Shown here: in pieces, positions 13,591 to 27,338 of the stretch | Numbering within the stretch: the stretch's first letter is position 1 | How the letters are laid out: every line of letters starts with the position of its first letter | Source of the DNA: the human T2T-CHM13v2.0 reference genome, Homo sapiens | Direction: 5' to 3' (one strand) | Length of the DNA: 64,000 nucleotides | NCBI RefSeq assembly: GCF_009914755.1 | Contig: NC_060937.1 | Notes under the pieces: generated by a model | Told to the model about the DNA's origin: nothing | The model's database searches: none | What the model saw: the letters and a program-made list of their open reading frames with translations, nothing else | Position numbers and translations under genes: made by a program

Positions 13591-14206
13591 CAAGTTGCTT
13601 TTTTTTTTCATTATTTGAGGTCCCGTGCAGATGGGTGGCACATGGGTGAGATCAATCTTCTGGAACTTTTTGGTGCTGATACGTGCTTCTGTCCCATGAA
13701 CCTTGGGTGTAAATGACACCGCATGCCTTCCATCAGCTGTGCTCTAGAGCTGTGTCAACCAGCTCATCTGTTAGCAGGTGGCACATGTGCTGAGCCTGAG
13801 AGTCAGCCGCATACTAGAGCAGGGCTTTCCTCAAATACCCTTTGTCAGCTGCAGGGCTGACGTGTAAACAGCGTTGTCTCCAGCGTCAGGACACACTGGC
13901 TGTCGGGTGGCTCTAAGGGACACCCCATGCTTTTCTTGGGCACCCTGTCGTGGCCCCAGCTCTAACGAGGGCTGCCCTGCATTACAGGACTGTCTTCACC
14001 TGGTTCTTGTGTCTTTTCTCCACCAGCAATAACTGCTGAACCCACAGGTTCTAGGATCTTAGAGTGATAGGGGATTGTAAAAGGCATTTAGTCCAAACTC
14101 TTGACATCTTACGAATGAAGAAACCCGAGGCAGAAAGCCAGTGCATGACATACGGAAGGTCACCCCTGTGTAGCTAAATTGTAACATAAGCTGAAACACC
14201 CTCACC

Positions 14207-14510
14207 CAGCGCAGTCCTGTGGAAATATAATGTAAGCAGTAAATGTGATTTTTAAAGTACTGGTAGATACATAGCCAAGTAAGAAGCAAGTGAAATTAAT
14301 TGTAATAATATTTATTTAACCTGAAATAGCCAAAACGTTATTACTTCGTCACCTGTATAATATAAAAAATATTAATGAGATATTTTAGGTGCTTTTTTTT
14401 CATGCTAAGTCTTTGAAATCCTGTGTGTATGTAACTCTGAAAGTGCATCACAGGTTGGACTGGCCACATTTCTGGTGTTCAGTGGCCACCCTCCTGGATT
14501 CGGCAGCTCC
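14207..14510 (+). mobile_element. MER33 (hAT-Charlie)
   Basis: gaaatataatg...gtgaaattaatt.taataatat...gtctttgaaatcc.gtgtgtat...ggactggccacatttc matches recalled MER33. Confidence 0.75.
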
Positions 14511-14932
14511 GTCACCTGTGTTCTTTCCGTTCCCTGCCCCTGTGTATGAGCAAGCGTGATCTTTGGAAAAGCATTTACTTATGAAGTTGGCAAAAATTTA
14601 ATAAGTGGTCATTATTTAACCACAAAGAGGGACTGGCCTTGCTTAAGGTCACGGTCTAAAAAAAAGATTATTTTCCATCCATTCTCACTTATCTTTCATC
14701 TTTTTGCTTAAAATAGTAGTGTTACTATAGGTAACCATATCATTATTTTTAGCTATCAATTGGAAAAAAAATTCCCTGGAGGGCCAGAAGTAATTCTAGA
14801 ATTGCCGTGGGAGGCTTCTGTTTTGTAGTCACGAAGTAACCAACTTATTATAAGATTTGGGAGCACCCCAAGCATTCAGAATACTTGAAGCCCTTTAGCG
14901 CCGAGACAGTGTCTCAGCTTATTAGGCTCTAA

Positions 14933-15341
<409 letters not shown>

Positions 15342-15904
15342 TGAACTCTCTTTTTTTCTAAGTGTGAGTGAACATTCCAGAGTCAGCAATCCCTTAAAAA
15401 AATAAATAAATAAAATAAAAAAACTTTAGCCATCTACAACAAAGCAGTTGTCCTTTCTAATTTGTGAAAGGAATTGGAGTTGGAAAATGGTATCTTATCT
15501 TTCTAAATACATTAGAATTATATAAGATCTTTTTTTAATGCATTCCCATTCAGTCACTGCCTTGTCCTGCCATTTGAGACTGTGCAGGGAATGTCGAAAA
15601 GCAGTTGTTCCCCCTCCCATGAGGAAGCCACAAAGAGACACTACTGAGATGTCCTTTTCTTGACTCAACAAGAGCAGCCAGGTTGTATTTCCACATTGTT
15701 GCAGGTGCAGGAAAACTTATGGAATCTTAGCTCCATGGAGCTGGCCCCTCCAGGGTCATTTCAGATGGGAATGATCTGAAACTTTCTGACCTTCCTGGCT
15801 GCTCTGAATGACTTCTATGTGCTCTGTTGCCTCACTGCTGTAGCAGTATGGATATGTTGCTTTGTACGTCTATCTGCCTGTGCTTTCTATAAGGGGAAGA
15901 GATA

Positions 15905-16135
15905 AAGCATTCACATTTACTGAGCACCTGCTATATACCAGGCACTCTGCTAGGTATACATGTATTATTTCATATAGTCTTGAAAATAAGCTAGCAAGGT
16001 AGGTATCATGTTTATATTTTACAAATAAGTTTCAATTTTAGAATTACTTAGCCAAAGCCACAAGGATATGAAGAGGTAGAGCTGGAGTCAAAACCAGGTT
16101 TTTTAATCAGCGTCCTCACCACAATACAGCACTGT
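15905..16135. mobile_element. MIR fragment
   Basis: catttactgagcacctgctatataccaggcactctgctagg...gtagagctggagtcaaaaccagg. Confidence 0.6.
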
Positions 16136-17249
16136 CTCTTCACCGAAACTGTAAGCCCCTCATGGAGTGGGGCTGTGATTTTTCTCCTTGGAGTTCCCTG
16201 GTTTAACTCCTAGTGGTTTTTCCATTAAAGTTGTGGGAGGAAAATGTTACAAAAAAAAAGGTTTGGTACAAATGGTCAATGTCTCACTAATGTTTTGTTA
16301 CTGTGGAACCAAGAGTCAGGGAAGGGATCTGTAGACTTGTGTTGGCTAAATCTCATTTTACTCATTAAAACCTTGTTAACATATTGGAAACATGGTTCTT
16401 TTACTGCTAAACCATGCCTGATGGATGAGGTATATTTGTTAAGAGATGCTGTATAAATGCCATGTGTTATAATTAACAGGCAGCTGTAAAAACAAACACA
16501 CTGTTAGAACACAATAAAATTGAGAGCCTTTTATGGGGCATTTGCCAAAGAAGAGTTTTCTCATTGGTTCCCTGTACATGGTGACATGTTGTGGTCCAGA
16601 GATGTTTTTTTTTCAATTCTGTCCTCTCTGAAGTCATGCAGTGTGTGAAAATCATGTCTTCTAGCTCTTACCTTCACATAAGAGAACACAGTATCTCTGA
16701 TTTAAAACCTGCTTTTCTAATCAAAAATCTCACAAGGCCTGGCTCAAGTAACGACTTGTTGGAAGGTGCATTTCCTGGCCTTGATTGGATATGCTATTTT
16801 TTATTCTTTTTTCATGAAATGTTTGGTTGTGTGGAGAGTTTGGATTCAAAGATTGATTATTGAGCAGCTGCTGAGGAAAATCCCTTCTTCATTATTTGCT
16901 TGGGTAGCGTTCCAATCTCTGAGGGAGATAACAGCGGAGGCATAAATTCACGTGCTCGCCATGCTGTTTGTCCATTCGTTGTCTCTGGAGGCGCCTCCTA
17001 ACCTCTGGTTTCTGTGGGATGATTGGAAACCCAGGGCTTGCGCAAGGCCCTCTGTGCTTCCATTTCTGCCTTTCTTCTGAAGAGCAGTGGGGTAGGCCGT
17101 GTGTTTGTAAACTTAGGAGAACTGTGCAACAGAGTTTTGCTCTGGAAAAAGACACTGGTGTTGAAAGGTGATAATTTGTCATCCCAGAGCTTTCTTGAGA
17201 AAGTTTCAAGTTTAAATGAACATATTTTCTTTTTAAGACAGCGAGTTCT

Positions 17250-17524
17250 GGCCGGGTGCGGTGGCTCATGCCTGTAATCCCAGCACTTTGGGAGGCCGAG
17301 GTCAGGAGTTCGAGACCAGCCTGACCAACATGGTGAAACCCTGTCTCTACTAAAAATACAAAAATTAGCCAGGCATGGTGGCATGCACCTGTAATCTCAG
17401 CTACACAGCAGGCTGAGGGAGGAGAATCGCTTGAACCTGGGAGGTGGAGGTTGCAGCAAGCCGAGATTGCGCCACCGCACTCCAGCCTGGGTGACAGAGA
17501 CTCCGTCTCGGTGGGGTGGGGGGA
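17250..17524 (+). mobile_element. AluS with a G-rich tail and a left-arm deletion
   Basis: TSD aagacagc(g/a)agttct at 17235-17249 and 17525-17539. Confidence 0.92.
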
Positions 17525-18019
17525 AAGACAGCAAGTTCTGACCACAAGCATTGAGGGTTTTTGACTGTTAAGAAATCAAAATTGACATTTCCCGGTTAGT
17601 TACATACCTGTGTTTCAACCAAAATCATTTCATTATCTCTGATGTAGCAAATGGACTTTCCTCATATTGGAGGATAATTAGAATTATTTAATCCTTACCT
17701 GTTCTTTTGATAGAGACACAGAAAGGGTAAGACATTTACCTAAAGTTACACAGTGAGTCATACAAAATGCACTTCCACAAAAGGGCATGGCTACGTGATA
17801 GGAGGCTACTATTAGTAGCTTGCAGTTCCTGTCAGAACGTTTGCATTTTATTCAATTAAATAAAGAGCTAGATTCTTACAAAAATACATCTCAAGCAGTA
17901 TTACCATAAACCTAAGTGTCAGAGCAAGGTCACGTGTACAAATACTACCTGCAGTTCCAGTGTGTGTCCTGGTCTTACTGGAATTATTCTGTAACCAAGA
18001 TCATCTTGACACAGTATTT

Positions 18020-18332
18020 ATATTGTTTTTCTTTTTTCTTTTTGTTTTGAGACAGGGTCTTACTGTGTCACTCAGGCTGGAATGCAGTGCCATGGTCACA
18101 GCTCACTGCAGCCTTGACCTCTCGGGCTCAAGCAATCCTCCCACCTTAGCCTCCCGAGTAGCTGAAACCACGGGTGCATGCCACCATGCCCGACTAATTT
18201 TTTAAGTCTTTTTGTAGAGTCAGGGTTTCCTAATGTTCTCTAGGCTGGTCTAAAACTCCAGAGCTCAAGCGATCTGCCCACCTTGGCCTTCCAAAGTGCT
18301 GGGAATATAGGCATGAAACATCGTGCCCGGCC
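18020..18332 (-). mobile_element. AluJ
   Basis: gagacagggtct...cagctcactgcagccttgacctc..gggctcaagcaatcctcccacc (AluJ-type positions). Confidence 0.88.
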
Positions 18333-18349
18333 TATGTTGGTTTTCACTA

Positions 18350-18704
<355 letters not shown>

Positions 18705-21524
18705 ACTTCTAGTCTCTTTTACCATATTGCTTTCTGAAAGTGAGTATAACCTAGTTTAATAATCCCTGAATTTATTCTCCGAATTTAAATCCTTGTTATT
18801 TTTGCATTCTGAAGGTCAGTTAGCAACGAGCACTTAGTAACAAAAATATATTAAACTCCAACATGGTTTTAATACTTCTAGAGACTCTTTTTATTGTGAT
18901 GAGGAGAGAATCTTATTTCTAAAGTTTTTCTTTTGGTTACCTAAAAACATGATGACCAGTGGAAAGTAAGTATGTGTTAAGTCACAGTTCAAATTCTCTA
19001 TTTTGTTTTTTATCTAAATGACAAAGTTGGACTGACTGGTCTATAAAAAACTTAAACTTGAGTATTTATATTACTATAATTAGATTCGTTTCTATCAAAA
19101 AGAATAAATTCAGTAAATATTTATAACATGCTCATGATTCTTTCTGATCTGCCTGTGTATTTGTGGTATTATAGTACTAACTATAGGGTGCTATGATTTC
19201 ACTGAAGTTTGGAATCATTCTCTAAGACATAGCTTAGGGCTAATAGAAAATTCAGAAGGGATTCATTTGACTATTTTAATAAATAACTGAATATGGAATT
19301 TATAAGCTGATAAATTCTTACTAATTGCCGAAGTTGAGGCATTAGTGTTGTTTTTATTTACATTCATTTTCCTAAATCGTATCTTCTTTAAATCAGTCTG
19401 TAAAATTCATACCTTATCTTAGGCTGAATTTGAACAAAAGTGTTCTAGAGAACAAGGCCATTCTAGAAATATTGCTTTTACATTTTCAAAACAGGAGTAT
19501 TTTATCCCCAAACACCTAGACTATTATCTCCTGTTTCTTTCTCCTTAACCCCCAGCTAATTCAGATAGTGACCCATGGGGTTTTATTTTTGTGATGAATT
19601 TATAACCTTTTTAAAACGTGGCAAGTTTCAATGCCTTGTGGGAATAGAGTTTTGCACTATTTCTACAATATTGATTACACAGTAGTGAAATGTTATCTTA
19701 TGTGCTAAATCTGCTTGGGCGTTTTCCCCCCATTATTTGTCAGGACAGGAAGTAATTGACAACAGTGCAGAGTACTATTAAAATAATTTGACCTTCACCA
19801 TATACCCTCCAAAATGTGAATGGACAATTGGACTTTGTGTTTTGAATTGTCTACAGATATCCTGTCCTCTAAATCAGAAGGAAAAAAACTTGTATTTATC
19901 GTTACAGGAAGTTTTTTAAAGTAAATTGACCATTTTCCCTACTGCCAAATAAGTTTTCAAATATCGCTAGGGGGAGTTGATTTTTTAATAAGGCTATTAT
20001 GTTAGAAACATACGATGGAAAAAAATCACCTTATGATTAGAGAAACAGCATATTTTGATTTCCTAGCTAACTCAACCATGACCAGCAAAGAGCAAGGTGA
20101 GTATAGTTCACACTAAAAAATGGAATAAGGCTTAGTTTCATCTCATGCTGTGAATAACGTGCTACCTAAATGTATCTGTTATCTTTTTGCTTTCCTCTCC
20201 TCCTTCCTTATTTATTCAGAGAAAGATTTTTAAAAAATTATGTCTTTGAAGCTTCTGGAAATTGTCAGTTTCATATTGAAAATCTGTGATTTCCATAATT
20301 TATATAAGGATCTTTCTCGTGCTGTCACTCACAAGACTGAAAAAACTTGTTTTAGATGCCAATAACGTCCATTTTCTCTAGAGATGGCAAATAATTCCTT
20401 CTAATTCTTCCCCACGAGCACGCCCATTTCTCCTGCCAACAACATCACCCAAGTGACTGTATCTGGTCATGAGTTCCATAGAAGGATTTGATTTCCTGCA
20501 TTTCTAGGACTCACCTGTGTGGTATTTGTGTGAGGACTCTTTTAAAATAGGATGGAATGGCACCTTTTGCTTATTTGTAACTTAGTTAAGGCAAAGAAAG
20601 CTTTCATTGAAAGCATTTGATTGTTGGCTCTTGTGACTGAGCAAAGGCCCCCGTAATTGGGAAAAGATGGCATTTCACTGTTCTCTTCTCCCATGTGGAA
20701 ATACATTCGGAAAGGCAGGGCAATTTACTGACTCAGCGAGGGGCTGAGAGTGACTGAACACGATCTCTGGACCTCCTAATTCTGTAATTACTTCCTTTGA
20801 CGTTTTTGTCTCTGCAGATGTGCTTGTGGAGTTTGTTTCTGTTTTTGTTTTAAACACTGGAAGTGTTTTTCTCAAACTTGTGTGTGACTTTTCTGGGCCA
20901 GGAGGGATAGAGCAACCGCAGTTGGGGGTGATGCTGCTGAACACCCGGTGCTCTCAGCCCGTGCCACCCCACCTCCCCCATCAGACAGCTGTACAGAGAA
21001 GCTTGGGGAGGTATCTGCACTGTGCACACTCAGCCTTTATAGAGGACAACTTCATTCCTTTTTAGCAAGAGTGATACTGTTCCTCTTCATCGGGTGGTAT
21101 CCATTGAGCACTGTCCTGGTGAGGACAGGTTGATAGATCACCTGAAGCCTTTTAGATGAGACCAGGTTAGAGGGCAGGGATCAACTGTGTTGTGTACAGC
21201 CTGGTCTAAATGTGGAGCCTGGGGGTGTTCACTGGATTGGTCGATGATGAGTTCATCTTATTTGAATGAAAGTGAAACAGATTTCTGAAACGAGGCTCTG
21301 CTGCCTTCTATGGTGAAAGGGGAGAGCTTTTCCAGGTTCAAAAGTAAAGCGGGATATTTAAGGCCTTGATCTCACTGGAATCATTTGTATCTTTAGTTCT
21401 GTGATGCCAAGTGGGACCTGCATGGGATTTGGTATGTATGTTGGAGCATCCTGGGTCCTAGGGTCCTGGAGACAGAAGGAGCCACAGTATTATGGAGTGT
21501 CACTGTAAGTGGATTTTAGAAGTT

Positions 21525-22330
21525 TGATCCAACATTTATTGATCCCTTACTTTATACTTGGCACTCCACCTGGCAGTGGGAGGATGGAATGAATAAGACA
21601 TGGTCCCTCCCACCCAGGAGCTCATAGGTTTAAAGGGGAATGTAAACCCATGAGCAAATGACTTACAGTGACATGCTATCTAAAGGACCACACAAGAAGA
21701 AGTGGTCAGTCTCCCTGGGCATTAGATCAGAGTGGGAGAGGTGGGGGAAGCCTCGTGAAAGATTTCACGAAAGAGGTTGAGGCTTGAATTAAGTCTTTAA
21801 AAATGAGTCAGTGGGACAAGAGGACAATATTGGGGACTGGCATATCAGGCAGGGAAGGAGCATGAACAAGTTTGGGAATTATGAAATACTGAAAACTGCC
21901 AGAAGCAGTAACATGGCTGGAGTGTAGGTTGTGAGGAGGGACATTCAGAGAAAAAGTGCTGGAGAAATGGACAGACCTCATCATAGATACTGGCCTTACT
22001 GCCCAGTTTGGACTTTATAGTTGTTGAGGAGCCTCTGCAAGTGTTTAAGCTGGTGAACAGCATGATGGCATTTGCACTCTGGCCGCTCTGTGAAGGATGC
22101 ATCCAAGGCGGAGACTGATGTATGGAAACCAGTCAGGAGATCATGATAGCACCCAGCTAAGAGAGAGCACTGGTCTACACTGCAGGAGTAGCTGGGGGTG
22201 TGTGGGGGAGTGAAGAGCCCAGCACGGCTCCCAGAGCCAAGAGGAAGAGTGGGATTCAGGGAGATCCTAAGGATATAGAAGATTATAAATGTCAAGGCCT
22301 CCATTTCTCATGTGTCAAGAGGGGATTCCA
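21525..22330 (-). mobile_element. L2 fragment
   Basis: caacatttattga...gaataagacatggtccct...aggagctca and later ggagactgatg..ggaaaccagtcaggag, typical of antisense L2. Confidence 0.65.
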
Positions 22331-22993
22331 ATCAAGGCTTAATTGAGTATTTGCTTCCTAAAGCAAAGAAGACAAGAATTGCTTGTGAAGTGTATGGCAA
22401 GGTGGTCAGCTGTAAGATTTCTAGCCTGTGGTGAAGAACTCCATTTTAAATAAATAGTGCATCCAAACATTGCATTAATATTCTAGTTCTTCACTGCAAA
22501 ATGTGAGAGTTTGGTAAAATAAGATGCATTGTAGTCTTGTTTAGAGGCACGATGGGATAGTGGCTAAACGGTGAGCTGGTAATTCATTTCTAGTGTTAAC
22601 TCTGGCACTTGCATGCTTTGGGCGACTGGCTAAACTTTTCTGAGCCCCACTTTTTGATTTGTAAATATTAGGCTAGCAATATTGCCCAATGGGTTTGTGG
22701 TGAGAATTCAGTAAAATCGAAGCATGTCAAAGTGGCAGGCCAGAGGCTGGTGAAGCAGCTGGCGAATGCTACTAATGTCCACCCTTTCTCCATTTTTCTC
22801 TCCTGTGAGGGAGTTTAAAATGTTCAGCTTTCTCTTCTCTGTGCTGAGTCTTAATGCTAGGGACCTGGAGATGAATATAAAAGTGTACCTGTGTAGTTGT
22901 CCAAATATTTAAATTCCTTAAGGAGATTTCACATGAAATGCTTGATTTCCTGGAAAAAGATGTTTATTATTTCTCTCTCTGCTTTTGATACAG

Positions 22994-23099
22994 GATGTCA
23001 GCTGCAACGAGATCACAGCGTTGCCCCAGCAGATAGGTCAGTTGAAATCTCTACGAGAACTGAATGTCAGAAGAAATTACCTTAAAGTTTTACCACAAG
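22994..23099 (+). CDS. LRCH1: LRCH1 exon ~4 (106 nt, phase 0 to 1), LRR
   Basis: gatacag|GAT GTC AGC...CCA CAA G|gtaaaa; DVSCNEITALPQQIGQLKSLRELNVRRNYLKVLPQ. Confidence 0.96.
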
Positions 23100-23187
23100 G
23101 TAAAAAAGAAAGAGGGAAAATGAAGAAAATGGGAGACTTGCATTATTTTATGTTTTGGGGGGTTTACTTTTGTGAAGAGGGTCGATC

Positions 23188-23189
<2 letters not shown>

Positions 23190-23221
<32 letters not shown>
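23190..23221. repeat. (TG)16 microsatellite
   Basis: Read directly; 90 nt downstream of the exon ~4 donor. Confidence 0.97.
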
Positions 23222-23222
<1 letters not shown>

Positions 23223-23357
23223 CTACTACTTAATTAGGATTTGAATTTCACATACAGATAACAAAAAAGTGATGTTCAGGCTGTGATTCTAGTCAAGGGC
23301 TACAGCAACAAAATCATTCCCCTAGGTAATGCTGTGGGGCACGGGGGTGGACGTGGG

Positions 23358-23744
23358 TGTGTTAGTTTGCTGGGGCTACTATAACAAAGAACCACAGATG
23401 GGGTGCTTAAATAACAGAACTTCATCTTCTCACAATTTTGGAGGCTGGATGCCTGGGATCAAGGTGCCAGCAGGGTTGGTTCCCTCTGAGGCCTCTCAGC
23501 TTGGCTTGTGGGTGGCATCTTCTCCTCCCTGGGTCTTCTCGTCATCTCCCCTCTGCACATGTCTGTGTCCTAATCTCCTCTTCTTACAAGGACACCAAGG
23601 ATTAGAGCTGCCCTCATGACCTCATTTTAATTAACTTAATTACCCTTTTAAAGACCCTATTTCCAAATACAGTCACATTCTGAGGTAATAGAGGTTAGGA
23701 CTTCAATATATGAATTTTGGAAGGACTCAAGCCAGCCCGTCACA
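23358..23744 (-). mobile_element. MLT1A/B-type ERVL-MaLR solo LTR
   Basis: tgttagtttgctggggctactataacaaag...gaccctatttccaaatacagtcacattctgagg...ttaggacttcaatatatgaattttgg..caca. Confidence 0.82.
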
Positions 23745-26700
23745 AGGGGTGACATGAATTGTTTTGGGTATGGGTATGTGACGTTTTGGAACGTGAAATT
23801 TCGGGGACATACTTTGTTCTACAGATCCTGTCTGTCAGGATTTCTAGCCTTGGGGATCTGGGAGCACTGGTTGGGAACTCCCAGTGTCTAGAATCTGTTC
23901 TGAGGTGAGGGTGCTGCCTCTGCTGGAGTGATACTTGGACTAATGTCTCACTGGTGGTCTTGGTAAGTTTCACCAGTGGTGACAGCAGAACCTCAGCATT
24001 GAGACATGGCTCCCAACCATCCAGCATGAATGCCAAGACCTCAGACAGCCCTGCTTTGCAGCCATGGGCTTCCATAGCATGTCTGTCCAGTAGTGTGTTG
24101 AGTTCAAGGCAGATATGTATATTTATTCAGAAACTGCATACCATTTAGAGCATGAAAGCAGCCTCATAGGGGGTAGTGGATCTGCATTTGGTGTTTGGGT
24201 TTGGACCTGGATCAGGAATGAACGGATGAGTCCTGGAACCCTGAATGCTTTCTCCAAAGCATACTCTGGTTTTCAGAGATTACATTGATTTCCACTGTTT
24301 TTGTTTAAAGTCTCTAGACATAGCTGATTTCAAACATATATTTAAAAATATTTCTCAAAGCAAAACCCTGTAGTACTTGGAAACAGTCAGCATTTGGTTA
24401 ATCTGACATTAATGGAACAATTTATGGATGCCTGATTTTAATTATCCTGTCTCTGCATCTTGATCTTTGGCTTGAAATGCTTCATAATAAGGCAAGAAAA
24501 TGGAGCTCATGAAAGGGAAAGAACTTTGCAAAAGGTAATGTGCTTTATAGATGGGAGGTTCAAGTCCGCTTGCCATCTTTCACCTTTCTCATACTGACTA
24601 GCATTTTAGAGAAGCAGAGTTAGAAACTCAACATTTTTTACTTCAGTACTTGAGATGACTTGGTTGAAAAATATTGATTGATTTTTCAATTTGTCCTTGT
24701 ACAATCTCATTTTTTGGATATACAAAACTTGTATTTGGTTTAAGCAAGCACAAAAGGAAAGCTTATTAACAGCAAATTTATATGCATACAACCTTTTATG
24801 AGTTAAAGAAAACTTTCATTTAAACTTAAGCTCTCATGTTAATCATTGTGAAAATGTCCTAAATAATTGAACTCTCATTTTCAAAAGGAAAAATTAATTT
24901 GATCATTTTGCAATTGCCTGTCATAGTCTGGAAACATGTGGAAAGTATATTCACAAAATCTAGATTTTTGTCTCTCTCTGGTTCCTCATTTTCTTACCTT
25001 AAAAGCATTCCTTTCCCTTAAAAAGATCAGTTATTCCATAATTATGTTTTCTCAGTTTTGATATTTTAAGAATATACTCAAAGCTAAAACTTCAGTTTAC
25101 TGGAAATTTCTTAAAAAAATAACTTCCTCAATATCAAGTTCCTTTTTGCTTCCCTCTGGAGAACTCTATTGACAAAAGACCATTGAAAATACTTTCAGTC
25201 AGTGACTGTAAAGACTTTCCCTATTTACTTATATGTTTTTCCTCTTTGGATACCCCTCCTCGTATGCTTTCAATTTGAGGATGAAAAAAGAAAACACCAA
25301 AATTGTGGTCTGATTACTCATATCAGTTTTGTGGTGGTTTTACTACAACAACTGCAATAAGAAGACCATATTTTATTCTTTCTAGGACTAGAATGAAGAG
25401 GGGATTAAAATAGCCATTCATTGCCTCTCTTAGCAGTGGGGAGAGAGAGTGGGATTTGTTCTTCTGCTTCTTTTTTTTCTTACTCCCTTTCTCTACTCCA
25501 CTTTTTTTTTTACCTTTCCTGGGCTGGTGTTGCAAAATTATCATTTTCTCCTTCGTTTTATTGTTGTGAAACTGTCTGGTTCCTGTTTTCCTGAACTATG
25601 ATGGCAATTGTGTCCCAAACTGGAACTAGAAAAGAAATGGTCATTATAAAACCTTCACTTATTTTATTTACCTGTAAGTTTTCTCCTGCTATGTTTTCCA
25701 TGAACTTAGCCCTCTAGTCTTGCTTTGAAGTCTTCATTTTAAGTGGCAAAGAATTGCTAAAGATCCAGAGTCCAGTTAAATTTTTCCAGTGATTTGCTAA
25801 GCTAACTTTAATTAACCATCTCGGAGATAGGTTGATATTGCTAGGGGAAACAGCTAGGAGGTGTTCCTCTTATCATGGAATCTTCATAATTCTTATCATC
25901 TTACAAACAAGCTGTGAGGTGAAAGGGGATCTTGCTTTTCCTATTGTTTCACTTTCATGATTCCAGGGTCCTCCAGGATTAGTGTGGCCTGAGGTCAATC
26001 CCTTATCCTGCCAGAGGGGAGACAAGCTGGGTTGAGCAATGAACTAACTACTCAGGGCAATTTAAAAAACACAGTCCCTTACATTCCCAGAGTGCCTTGA
26101 ATTCTGAGAGAGGTACTGGTTACTAGAATCTTTTCCTGCTGGAATTTGACATAACGTAGCTGAGTAAAGTGAAGACTGAAGAGCAGTGTAGGGGTAGAGG
26201 AGAAATAGTGTGAATTTTTACTCCAGGTCAGTGTCTTCAGTTACTCTTCTTTGTCTAATTCTTGCCCTTCGTCCACTTTAGAATTCCTTGAGTGTTTTAA
26301 AGCGCAATATTCCATCCCTTAACAGATCCCATAACAAAAGTTCCGAGGCCTCGTTCTGGAGTGAACCCTTCATAGCCCCTCACACAGAGATCTCAGTGGC
26401 TTGCCTGCATCACCCTAGATGTCTGGCGTGGCCCAGCCTCTCTGCTCTATGGAATATATTTGACTTTATTCCTAGCAGCTGCCAGTGTCGTTTTGAATGC
26501 TTGAAATTACTTAGTGTCTACTGTGCCACTGGGTGGGGATTTTAAGCTAAATGTAATGTTCTGTCTTCTGAGTGGAGCTACAGAAGACTTTTTAAAAGCT
26601 GTAGAATAAAGTCTCATCATACCAGAATTACAGGGCCTGTCGGAAAATTCTGAATTGGATAACATTTATTTTTTAAAATGCAGTTGAAAAACTCATGAAT

Positions 26701-27159
26701 ATATTTAGTGTAGCTAGTTCTGGGATAATGCCAGCCCAAATACATTGATTAGATAAGAATATTCTGTAATTAACGTATTACTCATGGGCTAGCGAGTGCT
26801 ACTGGGAAACAGTTTGAAGTTAAAACATAAACATGTCCTGTGTGATGTGGCTTGCGTGATTCTTTTGCTGAAAAAAAAAAGTATTTTTAAACAATAGATA
26901 TTGTAAATGTTAAGTGTTTCCAGTTTTTATCAGAACTAACAACAATTTAAAACTTTGGGGCATGCAATAAAAGATTTTCCCTCTTTTGGTAAAATGTTAT
27001 GTACACACACCATGTATTCCTAATGTACAACTTGCCTTTGATTATACTCAATTGTATTTTTCCTGAGAAGCAGAACATTAATTTTTGAATGATTAGCCAT
27101 TTAATCTTATTGATTTCTAAGGTTTTTTCTTTCTTTTTTTCTTTTTTCTATTATTTTAG

Positions 27160-27296
27160 AACTAGTAGATCTTCCCTTGGTAAAGTTTGACTTTTCCTGC
27201 AACAAAGTGCTCGTGATTCCAATTTGTTTTAGAGAGATGAAGCAGCTGCAAGTGTTACTACTTGAGAATAACCCTCTGCAGTCTCCTCCAGCACAG
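27160..27296 (+). CDS. LRCH1: LRCH1 exon ~5 (137 nt, phase 1 to 0), LRR
   Basis: Long pyrimidine tract, ttttag|AA CTA GTA...GCA CAG|gtgagg; ELVDLPLVKFDFSCNKVLVIPICFREMKQLQVLLLENNPLQSPPAQ. Confidence 0.96.
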
Positions 27297-27338
27297 GTGA
27301 GGGGTCTTGCAGCAAAGCCAATGCCCCATGGGATGTGC

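Noticed and set aside
16892-17551. Longest ORF in the track (219 aa, - strand)
   Set aside because: The first half is antisense Alu translation ([14 protein letters not shown]...), it has a non-ATG start, and there is no recognisable domain.
20790-20820. Strong-looking acceptor tttttgtctctgcag|ATG
   Set aside because: No convincing donor at exon distance, and not needed for the LRCH1 frame.
21753-21770. Inverted repeat tcgtgaaa-ga-tttcacga
   Set aside because: An 8-bp stem in a decayed L2; a few such stems are expected by chance in 64 kb.
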